From contig OX337228.1 in the NCBI GenBank assembly GCA_946965045.2, forward strand, positions 5,828,001-5,892,000: a DNA stretch of 64,000 nucleotides, in the 5' to 3' direction. Of the stretch, positions 45,621 to 58,025 are shown one piece after another (the stretch's first letter is position 1; every line of letters begins with the position of its first letter). The notes beneath the pieces were generated by a model. The model was not told the origin of the DNA. It worked only from the letters and a program-made list of their open reading frames with translations, and did not search any database. The position numbers and the translations under genes were made by a program. Source of the DNA: Epithemia pelagica. Lineage: Eukaryota > Protista > Bacillariophyta.

Positions 45621-45814
45621 GGTTGGTACTCGTATTGCAGGACTCGGTCCGCGGCTCAGATTTCATGTGAAGAAGCTGGAGGGATTCTGTGGGGACAAAG
45701 ATCTTCTCGAAGCGGAGGGATGACAGACTCCCACTTGTGGGTCGCGTCTGGTTCGCTCCTATTGTGGAGGTCAGGATCCAAACACGTCACAATGAGATCA
45801 AAAAGACGACAACA

Positions 45815-46678
45815 ATGAGGATCTTACCATCCATTCTATTATGCTTTTTGGCTTCATTGGCCGCAGCCTACACGCCATTGAGTGGCATTGTGGTTAAAAA
45901 TGCAAAGAGCTCTGGAGAGTCCTCAATCGATATCGGAGAATGGCTTTCAACGGGAAAGTCCTTGTTTGTGTTTGGCACCTACGCAGCGGATTTCAACGCC
46001 ATTGAGTACGGACAGCGATTGCGCTACTACTGGCCCATGCTTCAATCGGAAAAAGGATTTGACAAATGCGCGCTTTTGTTGAGTTGTCAGCCAGAAGCCG
46101 CCCAATCTTTGGCTGATCAGATTGATCTCCCAGATTCGATTGAACTTTACGTGGACAACACGGGTCAGGCAGCACGAAAATTTGGTGTGTCCAGAGGGTG
46201 GCAACCTGACAATGAAGATCTCAATCCGTTTGTCAAACTCTTTGGAATGCTATGGGGTCTAGGTGCATGGGCGACACTTCCTGCTGTGATTGGTGGATAC
46301 ATTGGTAATCCATTCGTTGGACAGCCGTGGATAACAGATGCTTTGGCCGTCGGACAAAAGAAGGGCCGATGGCCGGATAATGCTTTGGAAATCAACGAAA
46401 GTGATGGATCAGTTGTAAACAAGTTTGATGAGCTTCCTCTGGTGGGAGAGTGGCCCAGGAGACCTTTGGAGCTTGCGACGTTGAGGTTGCAGTCAATGCT
46501 GGGCATCTCACTTGCCAAGTGGAAAGAATTGGCACCAGACGACGAAGCTTTGGATAATGGTGTTTTAACGCAACTAGGAGGGTGCATTGCTACGGACAAA
46601 GACGAAGTTATATTCGAGTTTAAGGATCCAGGAATCTGTGCTGTGGTCAACTTTGAGGATCTACTGAAGAAAGTGTAA
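45815..46678 (+). CDS. AhpC/TSA-like (thioredoxin-fold) protein with signal/plastid presequence
   Basis: Signal peptide ending AAA-Y; [16 protein letters not shown]; [14 protein letters not shown]; [14 protein letters not shown]. No CxxC. Confidence 0.65.
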   Translation: MRILPSILLCFLASLAAAYTPLSGIVVKNAKSSGESSIDIGEWLSTGKSLFVFGTYAADFNAIEYGQRLRYYWPMLQSEKGFDKCALLLSCQPEAAQSLADQIDLPDSIELYVDNTGQAARKFGVSRGWQPDNEDLNPFVKLFGMLWGLGAWATLPAVIGGYIGNPFVGQPWITDALAVGQKKGRWPDNALEINESDGSVVNKFDELPLVGEWPRRPLELATLRLQSMLGISLAKWKELAPDDEALDNGVLTQLGGCIATDKDEVIFEFKDPGICAVVNFEDLLKKV

Positions 46679-46986
46679 ACCATGCTCTTAGCTTTACCAA
46701 AAAAAGAGTACTCCTAGCTAGAGAGGAGGTAGGAGTAGCTACCAATACCAAACAGGAGTCGCAGACAAGTTGGGCAGTTGCGCGCTCGCGCACCCAACTC
46801 TACTTGCTCGGCAATCGGCAATGCGTCAAAATAACGGTTAACACAAAAACTATGCAAAGCGTGACACAACAGAAATCCTCTACGACGCAACAGTTACTTT
46901 CGTCTTCCTTGTCCACGTCAAGCCTTGTATTGCTTTATTGACGATAACAGATAACAGAAGTCTTGAGTGGATCGCCTGAATATATC

Positions 46987-49290
46987 ATGGCGAAAGTCAT
47001 CTCTTCAACGTTGATCTTATTGGTTTCTGGCATCGTCCATGTGCAGTCGTCCAATTCTGGACTTGATCAGCCGTTCACAGAATCATACAGCCGTCTTGAC
47101 CATGCACCCTGTGTTTCGCTCTTTTATCGAAATGGACGACTTGGTTGTGGAACATCGGACTATTCGCTTCAGATCGGAAAGCTTGAATACTTTGATGGTG
47201 AAAGCATCCCCAATTCGCGGAGTGAGTTTGTAGCAGTGATGGAGGACTACATGCTTTACAGAGATTCTTTGTCTCTGTTGAAGAGTGCTCATGCAAACGG
47301 AAAATTACAAGGAGTTTTGGTGTTGAATTCAACTTCCAGCAACGCACAGGATCATGATTCACAGTGGTACTCGCCGGAGGCAATGTACCCACTAGGCTAC
47401 GGTACACCCTCGGCAGCTCTCAACTATGGCAACTACAAGTACGACTGGAACGGCAAGGGAAGTGGTATCAATAACCAAGACCTACACGGTTTGCCTATGG
47501 CGTATGTCAAAGACTCCTCGGTCTCGAATACGCTCCGACAAGAGTCCCAAGATTCTTCTGTGGATTCCGATATCGTTGGAGAATTCAACTACTACATGGG
47601 ACCCGAAGGAATGAATAGTATCGAATGTTTGTCCTGGACCGATTCCGTTGATGGTGAATGGAGACCAAAGTGTCTGCCATTGGGCGGATCCTCTGTCTGG
47701 GCTGCCGCAGGACTTCCACCACCGGATGCAAACAATCAAAATGGACGTGCGAGAAAGCCTGTTTTTCTCATTGGTGCTTCAATGGATTCCACTGGAATTT
47801 TCCACGATCTGGTACCCGGAGCAAACACTGCTGCTACAAATATCTTGACGCTTTTGATGGCCGCCAAGTTAATTGGTGACGTTGGAGACAAGACGCTGAG
47901 CAAGTTTAATAGTCAGATTGTCTTTGGCTTCTTCCAAGCCGAGGCCCAAGGTTTTGTTGGATCGCGAGCATTCTTTCGAGATATGGGGTATCCTGGATTC
48001 CAGTGCAACCACGACCCTGTTCGCACTATTCCTCGTCTTGACGATCAGTCGGAGTACGCCTGTCTCGATCCACTTTATCCTAGTCTCAAGTTCGCTAACC
48101 TAGGACAAATGGCCGGTATGCTTTCCATTGATCAAGTTGGTGTTCCATCGAACGGACGGTACTTCTACTCTCATGCGGATCAAAACAATGATAAATATGG
48201 CTCCTTTTTGTCAAGCATTCTGAAGCAGTTGTATACCCAGTCGGGGTACAAAGTCGTTGAGACATCCAGCTCCAGCAACAACGGCAATGGATATCCTTAC
48301 CCTCCCACTCCACTGACGTCATTGCTGTCTTTGTCTGAGGGTGCCGTCGGTGGAGCGGTCTTCACTGGCTATGATGCAAAATTTTCAACTGCAATGCCTT
48401 ATCACTCCTTCAAAGAATCTGCCAGTTTCTATGAAATTAATCTCAATGCTATTGCTGCGGCTGCGACAATCATTGCCAGAGCTGCTGTTGCAGCCGCTTA
48501 CGATGTTGGAGACTACGATTATCAAACGGATGCTCAATATGCGTCCCAGGTCATCCCAGAGCTTGAATCTAATGATGGGGCGCTTCTTGCGCTTTCCAAG
48601 TGCTTACTTTATAATGGCGAATGTTCGAACCTAAGGAAATATGCTTCCGTTCGCGCAGCAAATGAGAGGGCTCGTTCTGGATTCTCCGTTGATGATGGAG
48701 TCTCGTTGGGGGTGCCTCCTAATTATTACGTGGGTGTCTACAACGCATATTATGGACAACCGTTTGTGCAAGTTGGGGAGAAACGCTACGGTCGCTATGA
48801 TGGTATGGATTTTGGCAAAAGCAGCAGCGATGCGATTGCGCAGCAACCAACTATGCTCGAGAACGCAGTGCATGGACTTTTGGATGATTTTCTTGGACGC
48901 GGTGCGTATTCTTTTGAAAAGAAAAGCTGCAAGAAGGAATCGGATTGTGAAAATGTCGACTTCTGTATATACGAGGAAGAATTTCCCACTTGTACTGGTG
49001 GTGGAATCTGTGTATGCTCAAGAGCCAATTTCCATCGAGCACTCGACGAGGGCTTAGAGGCTGCTGAAAACAAACCAACCGGATACTTTGTTGTTTCTGA
49101 TAATGACGCTGGAATCAGCCCCATGTTTACTGAACCATACTGGTCGAACGAGGTTGGTGTACGGGTATATCGTGATGTTGGTCCTCTTCCTGGGCTGATA
49201 ACACTGGTCGCTGGAGCTGCCGGGATGGCCACATCATTATGTGCGGCGTTTCTCGTCCGCGTCGGTCTCAAAAAGGAGAAACTGTATTAG
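46987..49290 (+). CDS. NCSTN: Nicastrin (gamma-secretase subunit)
   Basis: Signal peptide; PCVSLF...GC; SMDSTGIFHDLVPGA; YPPTPLTSLL; FTEPYWS followed by a single C-terminal TM helix. Confidence 0.85.
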   Translation: MAKVISSTLILLVSGIVHVQSSNSGLDQPFTESYSRLDHAPCVSLFYRNGRLGCGTSDYSLQIGKLEYFDGESIPNSRSEFVAVMEDYMLYRDSLSLLKSAHANGKLQGVLVLNSTSSNAQDHDSQWYSPEAMYPLGYGTPSAALNYGNYKYDWNGKGSGINNQDLHGLPMAYVKDSSVSNTLRQESQDSSVDSDIVGEFNYYMGPEGMNSIECLSWTDSVDGEWRPKCLPLGGSSVWAAAGLPPPDANNQNGRARKPVFLIGASMDSTGIFHDLVPGANTAATNILTLLMAAKLIGDVGDKTLSKFNSQIVFGFFQAEAQGFVGSRAFFRDMGYPGFQCNHDPVRTIPRLDDQSEYACLDPLYPSLKFANLGQMAGMLSIDQVGVPSNGRYFYSHADQNNDKYGSFLSSILKQLYTQSGYKVVETSSSSNNGNGYPYPPTPLTSLLSLSEGAVGGAVFTGYDAKFSTAMPYHSFKESASFYEINLNAIAAAATIIARAAVAAAYDVGDYDYQTDAQYASQVIPELESNDGALLALSKCLLYNGECSNLRKYASVRAANERARSGFSVDDGVSLGVPPNYYVGVYNAYYGQPFVQVGEKRYGRYDGMDFGKSSSDAIAQQPTMLENAVHGLLDDFLGRGAYSFEKKSCKKESDCENVDFCIYEEEFPTCTGGGICVCSRANFHRALDEGLEAAENKPTGYFVVSDNDAGISPMFTEPYWSNEVGVRVYRDVGPLPGLITLVAGAAGMATSLCAAFLVRVGLKKEKLY

Positions 49291-49338
49291 AGACTTTGCT
49301 GATAAATGGAGTATCAAGTCGTCCGAGTTGCGACTTGA

Positions 49339-49620
49339 TTTTCCCCAAAAAATACTTGACGGGAAAAGATCGGAGGGATACTACTTATTCGTTGAAGAAG
49401 ATAGTGAGAGTTCAGAATAGCGAATTGTATGACTATTTCAGCTACTGTTTAGGCTCTGATGACGGATGCGTCATCTTGCTTTTCCCCAAAAAATAATTGA
49501 CAGGAAAAGATCGGAGGGATACTACTTATTCGTAGAAGAAGATAGTGAGAGTTCAGAATAGCGAATTGTAGATGACTATTTCAGCTGCTGTTTAGGCTCT
49601 GATGACGGATGCGTCATCTT
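49339..49620. repeat. Two-copy tandem duplication, period ~141 bp, between convergent gene ends
   Basis: TTTTCCCCAAAAAATA...GATGACGGATGCGTCATCTT at 49339-49477 and 49480-49620, with a few substitutions and a 2-bp indel. Confidence 0.92.
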
Positions 49621-49630
49621 ACGGGTAACT

Positions 49631-50176
49631 TTAATGTCGAGCAGACTTGTTGTTATGGCGTTGCTTGAGCTTCCATTCTCGATCAAAAATTTTGTCCATA
49701 AAAATCTCAACATGAACGCAACGACGATCCTCTTGGTTTAGAAGTCCCAGACGCCATTCCAGGAAATACTGAAGCTCCATTCGCATAATAGATGATCGAC
49801 AGATCCCAATGAATTCCCATTTGTTCCACTCACTGAGATTGGCATGGTCGCAATTCTCGTCCACAGGAACGAGTATGAACTGCACCCGAGAAGATTTTAC
49901 TCTTGAGTTGCTGTCGAAAGGGGTGACGAGGTACAGGTTCCACAAATCTGCTTCTGCATCATGGAAGGCTCTTTCTGTTAGGATCAACCGTCGCTTCAGA
50001 TCTCCGTTTGAACAGCAAGGTCTTGTTTCAAATGACGAATCGCCGGAACGCCCAACCTTGACACTGAAGCTCAAGCGACCCCGAAGAGAAACTGGTAGGA
50101 TTCTTTGAAGGTAATGCTTCTGGCATCCTTTGATGAGTTTCCCATGAAACTTGTTACAATGCAGGAGAGTTATCAT
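49631..50176 (-). CDS. Hypothetical protein
   Basis: 181-aa ATG ORF of normal complexity; no family recognised; the 5' end may be incomplete. Confidence 0.35.
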   Translation of the reverse strand: MITLLHCNKFHGKLIKGCQKHYLQRILPVSLRGRLSFSVKVGRSGDSSFETRPCCSNGDLKRRLILTERAFHDAEADLWNLYLVTPFDSNSRVKSSRVQFILVPVDENCDHANLSEWNKWEFIGICRSSIMRMELQYFLEWRLGLLNQEDRRCVHVEIFMDKIFDREWKLKQRHNNKSARH

Positions 50177-50670
50177 TTTCCGTTCCGATCAGAGCAGCCT
50201 CTCACTACGATTATTGAAACTCGAAAGGACAGCTGCGAATGGTGATTAAACAGATAACATTTTTGTTGGTAGAAGGTTTTTTCACTTTCAGATAAAGTCT
50301 TGTTACGCACCGTCCGGTTCCTCTTCTTCAGATGATCGTTCTTTTCATGTACAAGGAGTAGATTCGTGAGTTATGGCAGACAGGTACTGGTCGGTTCTCT
50401 TCATGTAGGAATGGGAGAAAAATTGCAGAAACGTCGTTTGTCATGTGAGCCAGTGTTGTGTGAGAACATACGATCGACCTTTGCTCGCCCAGCGCTTTCG
50501 AGCGATGCGTGCTCGAGAGCTATTGTAACGTTTCGAATCGTGGGGGATCAACTGGCTACGGACGACGGACTGACTGATGCCCCGCTTTCGGCAACCAATC
50601 AATGCAATCTAGAATCCGAATCTACAAGGTTCTACGGCAACAAAGATGAAACCACTGGGCATAAACGACG

Positions 50671-52536
50671 ATGGATGATTTATTCAACACCTTGTCTTCT
50701 TGCGCTCGCTTTGACAAAAAGAAGAGCAAAAGCTCTAAGACACCACGGGGGAATGGTGGTTCTCGCAATGAATCCTTGCAGGCAAAGAATTCTGCGTCTA
50801 ATTCTGTTAAGTCGGGAGCAATAGCTTCACGAGACCGAACAGGCAAACGAGACACCAGTGAGGAGAAGCAGCGCCAGATCCATCGTGAACAGATCTCAGC
50901 CTTTCGCCGAGCAATGGGTATAAAAATTTCCAACAGAGACGATCCAAGTATTCCTGACCCGATTTCGACGTTCACAGAAATTGATCGACCGTCGTGGTGG
51001 ACCTGTGATGACGAAGACAAGGACAATGATAGTTTCCTCAGCACTCGTCGTGCTATTCTGAGGAATGTTGAGCTCGGAAAATGGAAAGAACCCACACCAA
51101 TTCAAATGCAGGGAATTCCTACGTTGATGGCCAGAAGAGATTTGATTGGAGGTGCCCCGACTGGGTCCGGAAAATCGGGTGCATTCATCCTCCCAGCGTT
51201 GTTGTTGAGCAGTGTCGCCGACAATGTGTACTACAAAACAGGACAAAGAGAAAAGAAATCCTCCTATGGTGAAATTCGTACGCTCATAATAGCTCCATCT
51301 CTCGAATTGGCATCACAGCTACATCGTGAAGTGGAACGGTTGGGCTTGGGTAGACCTGGTGGCCTCTCAACAATGTTGCTGAGCAAAACAAATTCTGCAC
51401 ATGTGATGAACGGCTCTGCTGGCGGCAAGCGTGGCTTAGATATTCTAGTTTCAACTCCTCTTCGTCTCGTGGACTCGATCGAAAAGGGGTTGAAGCTTAA
51501 TTCTGTTCGTTTCGTGGTTTTGGATGAAGCAGACCGGTTGTTAGATGCTGCAGATGGCAAACACGCCTCACCCAAATCCAAAGTGGAAGAGGGATCCGTT
51601 CACGACAGAAATTCAAACGAAGCAGGGCCCAGTGTATCCGGGTCGGCACAAACGAAAACGTTTCTCGCACAAATAGACACGATTCTAAGCGAAATTCCTG
51701 TGTCAGCTGTCCGATGTCTTTTTTCTGCCACAGTTACACCGGCCGTTCGTTCCTTGTCGGAGTCAATTCTACGAAATCCTGTTGATGCTACGATTGGCAA
51801 AGTGGGTAACGCTTGCAATCCCGATGTCGATCAAACGCTTACCTTTGTCAGCAACGAACATGGAAAACTGCTGGCCATACGTCAACTTGTTGCGAAAGGC
51901 GACCTCAGGCCACCTGCTATTGTCTTCTTGCAGAGCCAGGAACGAGCCCAAGCCCTTTTTGAAGAGTTGTAAGTAAATGCAAAGCGTCAATGTTCCCGAA
52001 CACGACAAGGTCTTGTTGTCTAAACCCGACCGTTGATTCTACTCAGACTTTATGACAACATTCACGTGGACGTAATTCACGCAGGACGCTCCAGAGCTGC
52101 GAGAGAAAAGGCGGTTGTCAAATTTCGGAGTGGTGAGACATGGGTCCTCATATGCACGGACCTCGTAGCAAGAGGGGTTGATTTCCGCGCCGTTAACATG
52201 GTAATCAACTATGATCTTCCATCCTCTGGGATCACGTATATCCATAGAGTGGGAAGAACCGGGCGGGCCGGCAAAAAAGGAAGTGCGATCACCCTTTTCA
52301 CAGAAGCGGATTTCGATAATGTACGAACGATTGCGAATATTATGAAACAAAGCGGCTGCCATGTTGAAGATTGGATGCGCAATATCAAGCGACAACGCAA
52401 AAAGAAGCACATGTCTCAGTTAACCTCTCGTGAAACCATTGACACGACACCAAAGTTTGATAAACGGAAAAGGCGTCGGAAAGAACAAATAATTCGTCAA
52501 AGCAAGGAGAAAAAACAGAGGGAATCTAACCTGTAA
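50671..52536 (+). CDS. DDX52: DEAD-box rRNA-processing helicase ROK1/DDX52, 2 exons
   Basis: PTPIQMQ, APTGSGKS, LDEAD, FSAT, LYDNIHVDVIH, CTDLVARGVDF, HRVGRTGRAG; intron after GAAGAGTT|GTAAGT (~51969-52047). Confidence 0.9.
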
Positions 52537-52758
52537 GTAGACTATTCCTACCTAAAAGCTATGCTCGGAATCCTTTCTACACTCCTTCCACGTAGCCATT
52601 TATTTGCGGCCCTTTGCGCATCACCACAATCATCATGATGTCTGATCTCTGGTATCTTCTCTCTTCACATTTTCTGATACACGCTTCCGAGTGTTTCATC
52701 GCAGACTCAACGGCTTAGGGTCTGGTTTAGAGCATAGGCAGAAACATTTAGTCAGGTG

Positions 52759-53605
52759 ATGATTGCTTTATGTCTTCTTTCTCTTTTAATGAGTCTTCAA
52801 ACAACAATTCTGGTCGGTGCCCGCCGAGCATCTGGCTTCCTTTCATTGGGTTCATTTCAGAGGAGGCGCCACCAGTTCAAGACCCATAGACGTTCCATCC
52901 CATACTCGAGTGCAAGTCTCTCTGAAACACAATCTCTTCTCCTAAACATTCCAACTGAAGAGGATATGGAGGACATTGGTGGCTTGCTGGCATCACTTGT
53001 TCTAGAAAGCAGAAACAACGAACCAGCGATGGAGAAAGAAGGTGAAGATTCCGATTTGATTCTGTTGGACGGAGATTTGGGTGCAGGCAAGTGATTGGAT
53101 CTCTTTTCTCGTATGGTTGATGGTTGTTGATCGATTCTCACATATGTAGGTGTTTCATCTTTCACATATAGGCAAGACAGCATTAGCTCGAGGATTTATT
53201 CGCACCAGTTTCGGAGAAGAAGATATGCAAGTCACATCACCGACGTATCTTCTTAGCAACTCATATAAGTCGGCTTCTACTTCGGGGGAGATTGAAATTC
53301 AACACATGGATCTGTACCGCCTTTCCGGAAAACCAAAAGAGTTGATCCCACTCAACTTAGATCATGTATTTAAGAATTCCATAGCTCTGATTGAATGGCC
53401 ACAACGATTGATCAATGTCGAGTTGCCATCTAACCGCCTGGAAATTGTAATCAAAATACAGTCACAGCAAGACGAAGGGGACGGAATCGACGGAAATGAG
53501 ATGAATCAAGTTAGAAGAGCCATGTTAACCCCGTATGGGCAGAGCTGGAAAGACCGTCTTTCCCAACTCCTGGAACAGGGCTTGCTAGATGACCTAATCG
53601 AGTGA
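52759..53605 (+). CDS. tsaE: tRNA t6A biosynthesis ATPase TsaE (YjeE), probably plastid-targeted, 2 exons
   Basis: LLDGDLGAG|KTALARG Walker A, VTSPTYLL, HMDLYRL, IEWPQR; hydrophobic leader ending ASG-F; GC-AG intron at 53087-53171. Confidence 0.85.
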
Positions 53606-53658
53606 TTGACAAATCGCAATGCTCTGACTGGATGTAAGCGATGTTTAGTTTATCCGTG

Positions 53659-56600
53659 TTACTTAAGCATGAACAACGGGTCATTTTGATCTTGCTTTGA
53701 CCCTCCCGAACCATCTTGCTTGTTTTGTTGAGGCCGTTGACCGCTGTTCGATGCAGCTTGGACGTTCATTGGTCTGTTCCGGGCGGGAGGATTGCTTGAC
53801 GCTCCCATTGTACCCATCACCTGATTGGCCGTTGTGGGTGACATCATGCGCCCTCCCATGGGGATATTTTGCTGACCCGTCCCCGTGGATGGTATACCGA
53901 GTGAAGGACGCATAGGCATAGACACTGATTGCCGGTTGCCTGCAGTATTCTGCATTCTACCCACTGGAGACATTGAGGTATGATACTGCGGGGCGCGTGG
54001 AGAAGGAACATTTTGGTGTCCAAGAGGTCCGTAGAACTTTTGCATTTGCTGTTGCATGTTTCCTTGAGGTGGATAACCTGAGCCTTGATTAGGATGCGAC
54101 TGCGGCATCATTCTAAGTTGAGCAGCCATTTGTTGTTGCTGCATGGGCGAAGGAAAATTCCCCTCCTGGCTTTGATTCGTATGAATCTGTTGGGTTTGAA
54201 CTTGTGGCAGCTTGGACCTTGGCTGTCCCGCCGCTGATGAAGGCTTTCTGATATTGCTTGGTTGCTGAATTGCAGCGGAAGTTGGTACCGAAGGGTTCGG
54301 TGTCACTGCTGCTTCTGATTTCTTGCGCTTTCGAGGAGAAGGATCTGAGGATTTTTGGTTACGGCGTTTCTTTTCCAGCCGGTCGTTAGCAGAGTTCATT
54401 GGCGGCTCGACTGAAGAGACGACCTTGGCACTCGAAGCCTTTACGCTATTGTCTTCAACATTATTTTTCGTTCTCTGCGGCGCACTACTTTTTTGCACAC
54501 CATGTATCGACCTGAAGCTATAGCCCATCCTCAAGTCAGCATCCGTGATATGAAATGGATCTCCTTCTTTTTCTTCAGGTTTTACCTTCGTTTCCAACAC
54601 AGTAGGTATTTCAGCAGGGCTTGACATAATCGCAAATGTAGATAAAGGAGCCGTAAGTGATCGTAAATGCAATGATGACAAAAATGCCGCCGCTTGTTGA
54701 CCTGGAACGGAAGATATTTCAGACAAATTTCTTTCGAGAACTGGAATTGTTTCTGAGCGAGGTAGCATGCCCTGCACTTCCTCTTTTGTACCTGGAACTG
54801 ACAGATCGAGGCGCCAACCTGGTTCTGCCCATGTATCTGAAGATTTTGAAGTCGGCACAGACAATTCTGAGGGATCAGCCAAAGGGTGGTAGGCCTGAAG
54901 AAAGGATTTTTCAGCATTTATTATCTTCTCCTCCACTGCATCCATGTTTTTACCGAATGTCGAAGCTGCTTTGGTACGAACCTCATCACAGAGGTACCTC
55001 ATACTTGGCCTTAGTACTACTTGAAGCTTCCGTCTGTGCATCCTCCGCCACACATTCTTCTTGAAGGAGGAAGGAAGTTCTGGGTTCGAATGAAGCCATG
55101 TAGAAGTGATGTGACCAGACTTCTTTTGGTTGTGCGACGATCGTCGCTTCTCTGCCACCTTGTCCAAGCATCCAATGACGTCTTTGATCCGAGTTGCCGC
55201 CCTTTCCAATTCCAATCCATCCGGGAGCTTTGATTTGTTCATCCTTGACTGTGCTCCTGAAGAAATCAGAGCCTTCCTTCGTTTCACAATACTTGTAAGC
55301 AACATTACGTTACGCTGTGCGTTCTTAAGCGAAGCGTGTATTGCTTGCAATTTTAGTTTCTTGTCCGAGTGTTTTTCTCGCGCCAGCTTAACTCTTTCGT
55401 CCGTAGAAGAAAGATTGCTTTTGTATCGTAGCAGCTTTGTCTCCAAATCTTCTCGATCTTTAGAAGGAAGGGCGCGCCCATCTGGATGAAGTGGGAACAA
55501 AACTATAAGACTGATTCTTCCGTATCCGATATCAGACGACCCTGCTATGACTACGAGTCCACTTACCTGGCCCGAGATATTGTCTGTATCTCCGTGTAAA
55601 TTCCTCTGCGTTCCATTCCACTAAGTGAGATGTGACCTGACAAGAACGAACTCGACTCAAATCTCTTGTCCTTACCAGTTAGCTTCTTCGCCTTATCGTG
55701 GTCCTTGACTGCTTGGTCGACCGTTATGCTGCATTGCTTTTCCTCTTTATCGAGTCGAGCAGCCGCCATTTCGTGCTCCGTACTCAGCTTTGTCAAGTCG
55801 GCTGCTTTTTTCTCCAAGTCGGCCAAGCTTGATGATTCATATTCCTTCAAACCCGCTACACGTTGCATCTGCGCTGTTTCCTCACTTGTACGTAAATCCG
55901 TTATGGAACAAAAAACCTGTCCCGACGTTTGAGTCATAATTGCCAAGTCGCTTAAGTCCAATCGCCGGCCGGATCCTAATGGAGTCATGGGGATTTCACC
56001 ACGAACAACGCTATCAAGAAACTCGAAGGCACGTATGCCCCATGGCAAGAATTCTGGTTCAACAGAGCCTTCATTTCCCGTGCTTGCGTTTTGACCAGAA
56101 TCATCTGTCGAACTTCTGTTGTTAACTGACTGAGTAGAGTCACCCGTTGGGCTCATGGGAGAAGTCGGTGTAGTCGGTCTCTTGGTCGATTTTCCAGACT
56201 GACTACTCACAAGTCGCAATATCCATATTCCTTCATTGTGTATTTCAATCGAAAGCTGAGAGTGTGTTTGTGCAGAGGAGAGCACTCCTTTCCGGAGTTT
56301 GTGACGGGTGACAGCTCCAACTGAAGATTCTTTGTCTTTGTCAATCCAATCAGGAATTGACTTGAACGGTGATGGAGGTCGAAGCTCCTGTTTATTTTCG
56401 ACCGCACTCTTAGCGAGATCGCGTGGAGTCTTCCCTTCTTGTTCCTTTCCCGAATCAACTTTGTCCTCAGAACTAGTCTTTTGTTCCAGTTGGCTACTAA
56501 GGATCTCTTTTTCCTTCAGCGTTCGTTGCAAATGCCTTTTCAGATAACGTTGACGAGATGATGTTAATTGCTTGACAATCTCAGAAAGAATTTCAGTTCT

Positions 56601-57668
56601 TCTCGTTTCTAAGTCCGCCAATTTTTTCTCATAGATTTGTTTGATTTTTTCTTGTTCCTGTTTGAAATCTACTTCCGTACGACGTCTATATTCGTCGGCT
56701 CTTTGTTTTAACTCCTGTTGTTGCTGTTGGTGTTTGACCTGAACTTGCTGAGAGGTGATGTGCCACTCTTGTGCTGCCATTTGCTCTGGTAAACGCCGTT
56801 GCTGAGATTGCTGACGATGGTGCTGCAACGCCATGGACATGTGCTTGGCTTGCTCCATCTTAAGTTGTTCCTTACGTTGAGCAATTTTCAGCTCATTAGA
56901 TTTTTTCTTCTCGTGATAGCGTTCCTGTAATCGAGTCGAGTGTTTCCTTTCTTCCTGTCGAATGCGTTCCCGGTAAGACTCAATGCCGCGCTCCATCGCT
57001 GCTTGTTTCTCTTTGAGAAGGTCCGTCACAACCTTCTGGATTTCAGCTCGGGCAGTCATGTCGTTTTCGTCAAGGTCAGCAATCTTCTTTTGCAATGCCT
57101 CTTGATGTCGTTGGTTCTCGCGAGCAATGAATGCGGGATCCTGATCTTCATGAGTTTCCTCATAGAACTCCAACCAATCGTTGCTGTTCAAAGGCTCTTC
57201 GTCCCACAACGGCAAGCGATATGTAGTGATTGGTTGTTTCTTCTGAGGCATTTTCTTTTCCTTTTCCGAAGATGGTAGTAAGATTTTGATCATCTTCTTA
57301 CTTTTCCGGGTCTTTCGACGAGGGTTCAATAGCTTGGACTGAGCCAGATCAAAGAAAAAGTCGGCGTCATCGTTCACGTGATCAGCGTTGATTTCATTCG
57401 CATCCATTTCCTTTCCACTGGTTGTCTCTGTTTGTGATTCAAAATTTTCCTCTTGCATCTCAGAATCACTATTTTGAGATTCCATTTGAGGAATAGCAGA
57501 GATAGCATTCTCATTATTGCTGACAGAGACAAACTGAGAGCCTTCCGTCGATCGATTTTCGTCTTTCTTCACAGGTGACGACACAGAGGAAAGGTTGGTT
57601 GGTGTTGCTTCTCCCACCTCCTTACTTTCTTCAACCTCCATGGCGTCTGCTGTCATCTCGAGACTCAA
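53659..57668 (-). CDS. Large hypothetical coiled-coil, Q/P-rich protein, 3 exons
   Basis: ORFs 55563..57668 and 53659..55500 can be joined through a short exon (EEFTRRYRQYLGP) bounded by GTAAGG and GTAAGT donors; no family recognised. Confidence 0.65.
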
Positions 57669-58025
57669 TTTGGGAACACGGGAACGGGAGATTCTTGTTT
57701 CTCTGCTGCCTTTTCAAAAGAGCATTTCGACGACCATTGTCAATCAATTGTCATCAACACAAAATCGTCTTTCTAAAATAGCAATGAGGTCGCCTTTAGT
57801 TCGCATAACATTCCCTGAATGTTTTTTCGTGCAAATATTCGCTGAATCCGGGTACCGTTACCAAGTACCAAAACGCAAAAGTTTTGCGAAAATGGATCCT
57901 AAGCCAGGACTCACACCTCACGCTTGGAGAGAAAGCTACCGCCTCTATGCACTGTCTGTCGCGATCGTGATGGTTTATTCCTATTTTCCCATTTCCCATC
58001 GCAAATCGCAATCGAACTGCTCTCC

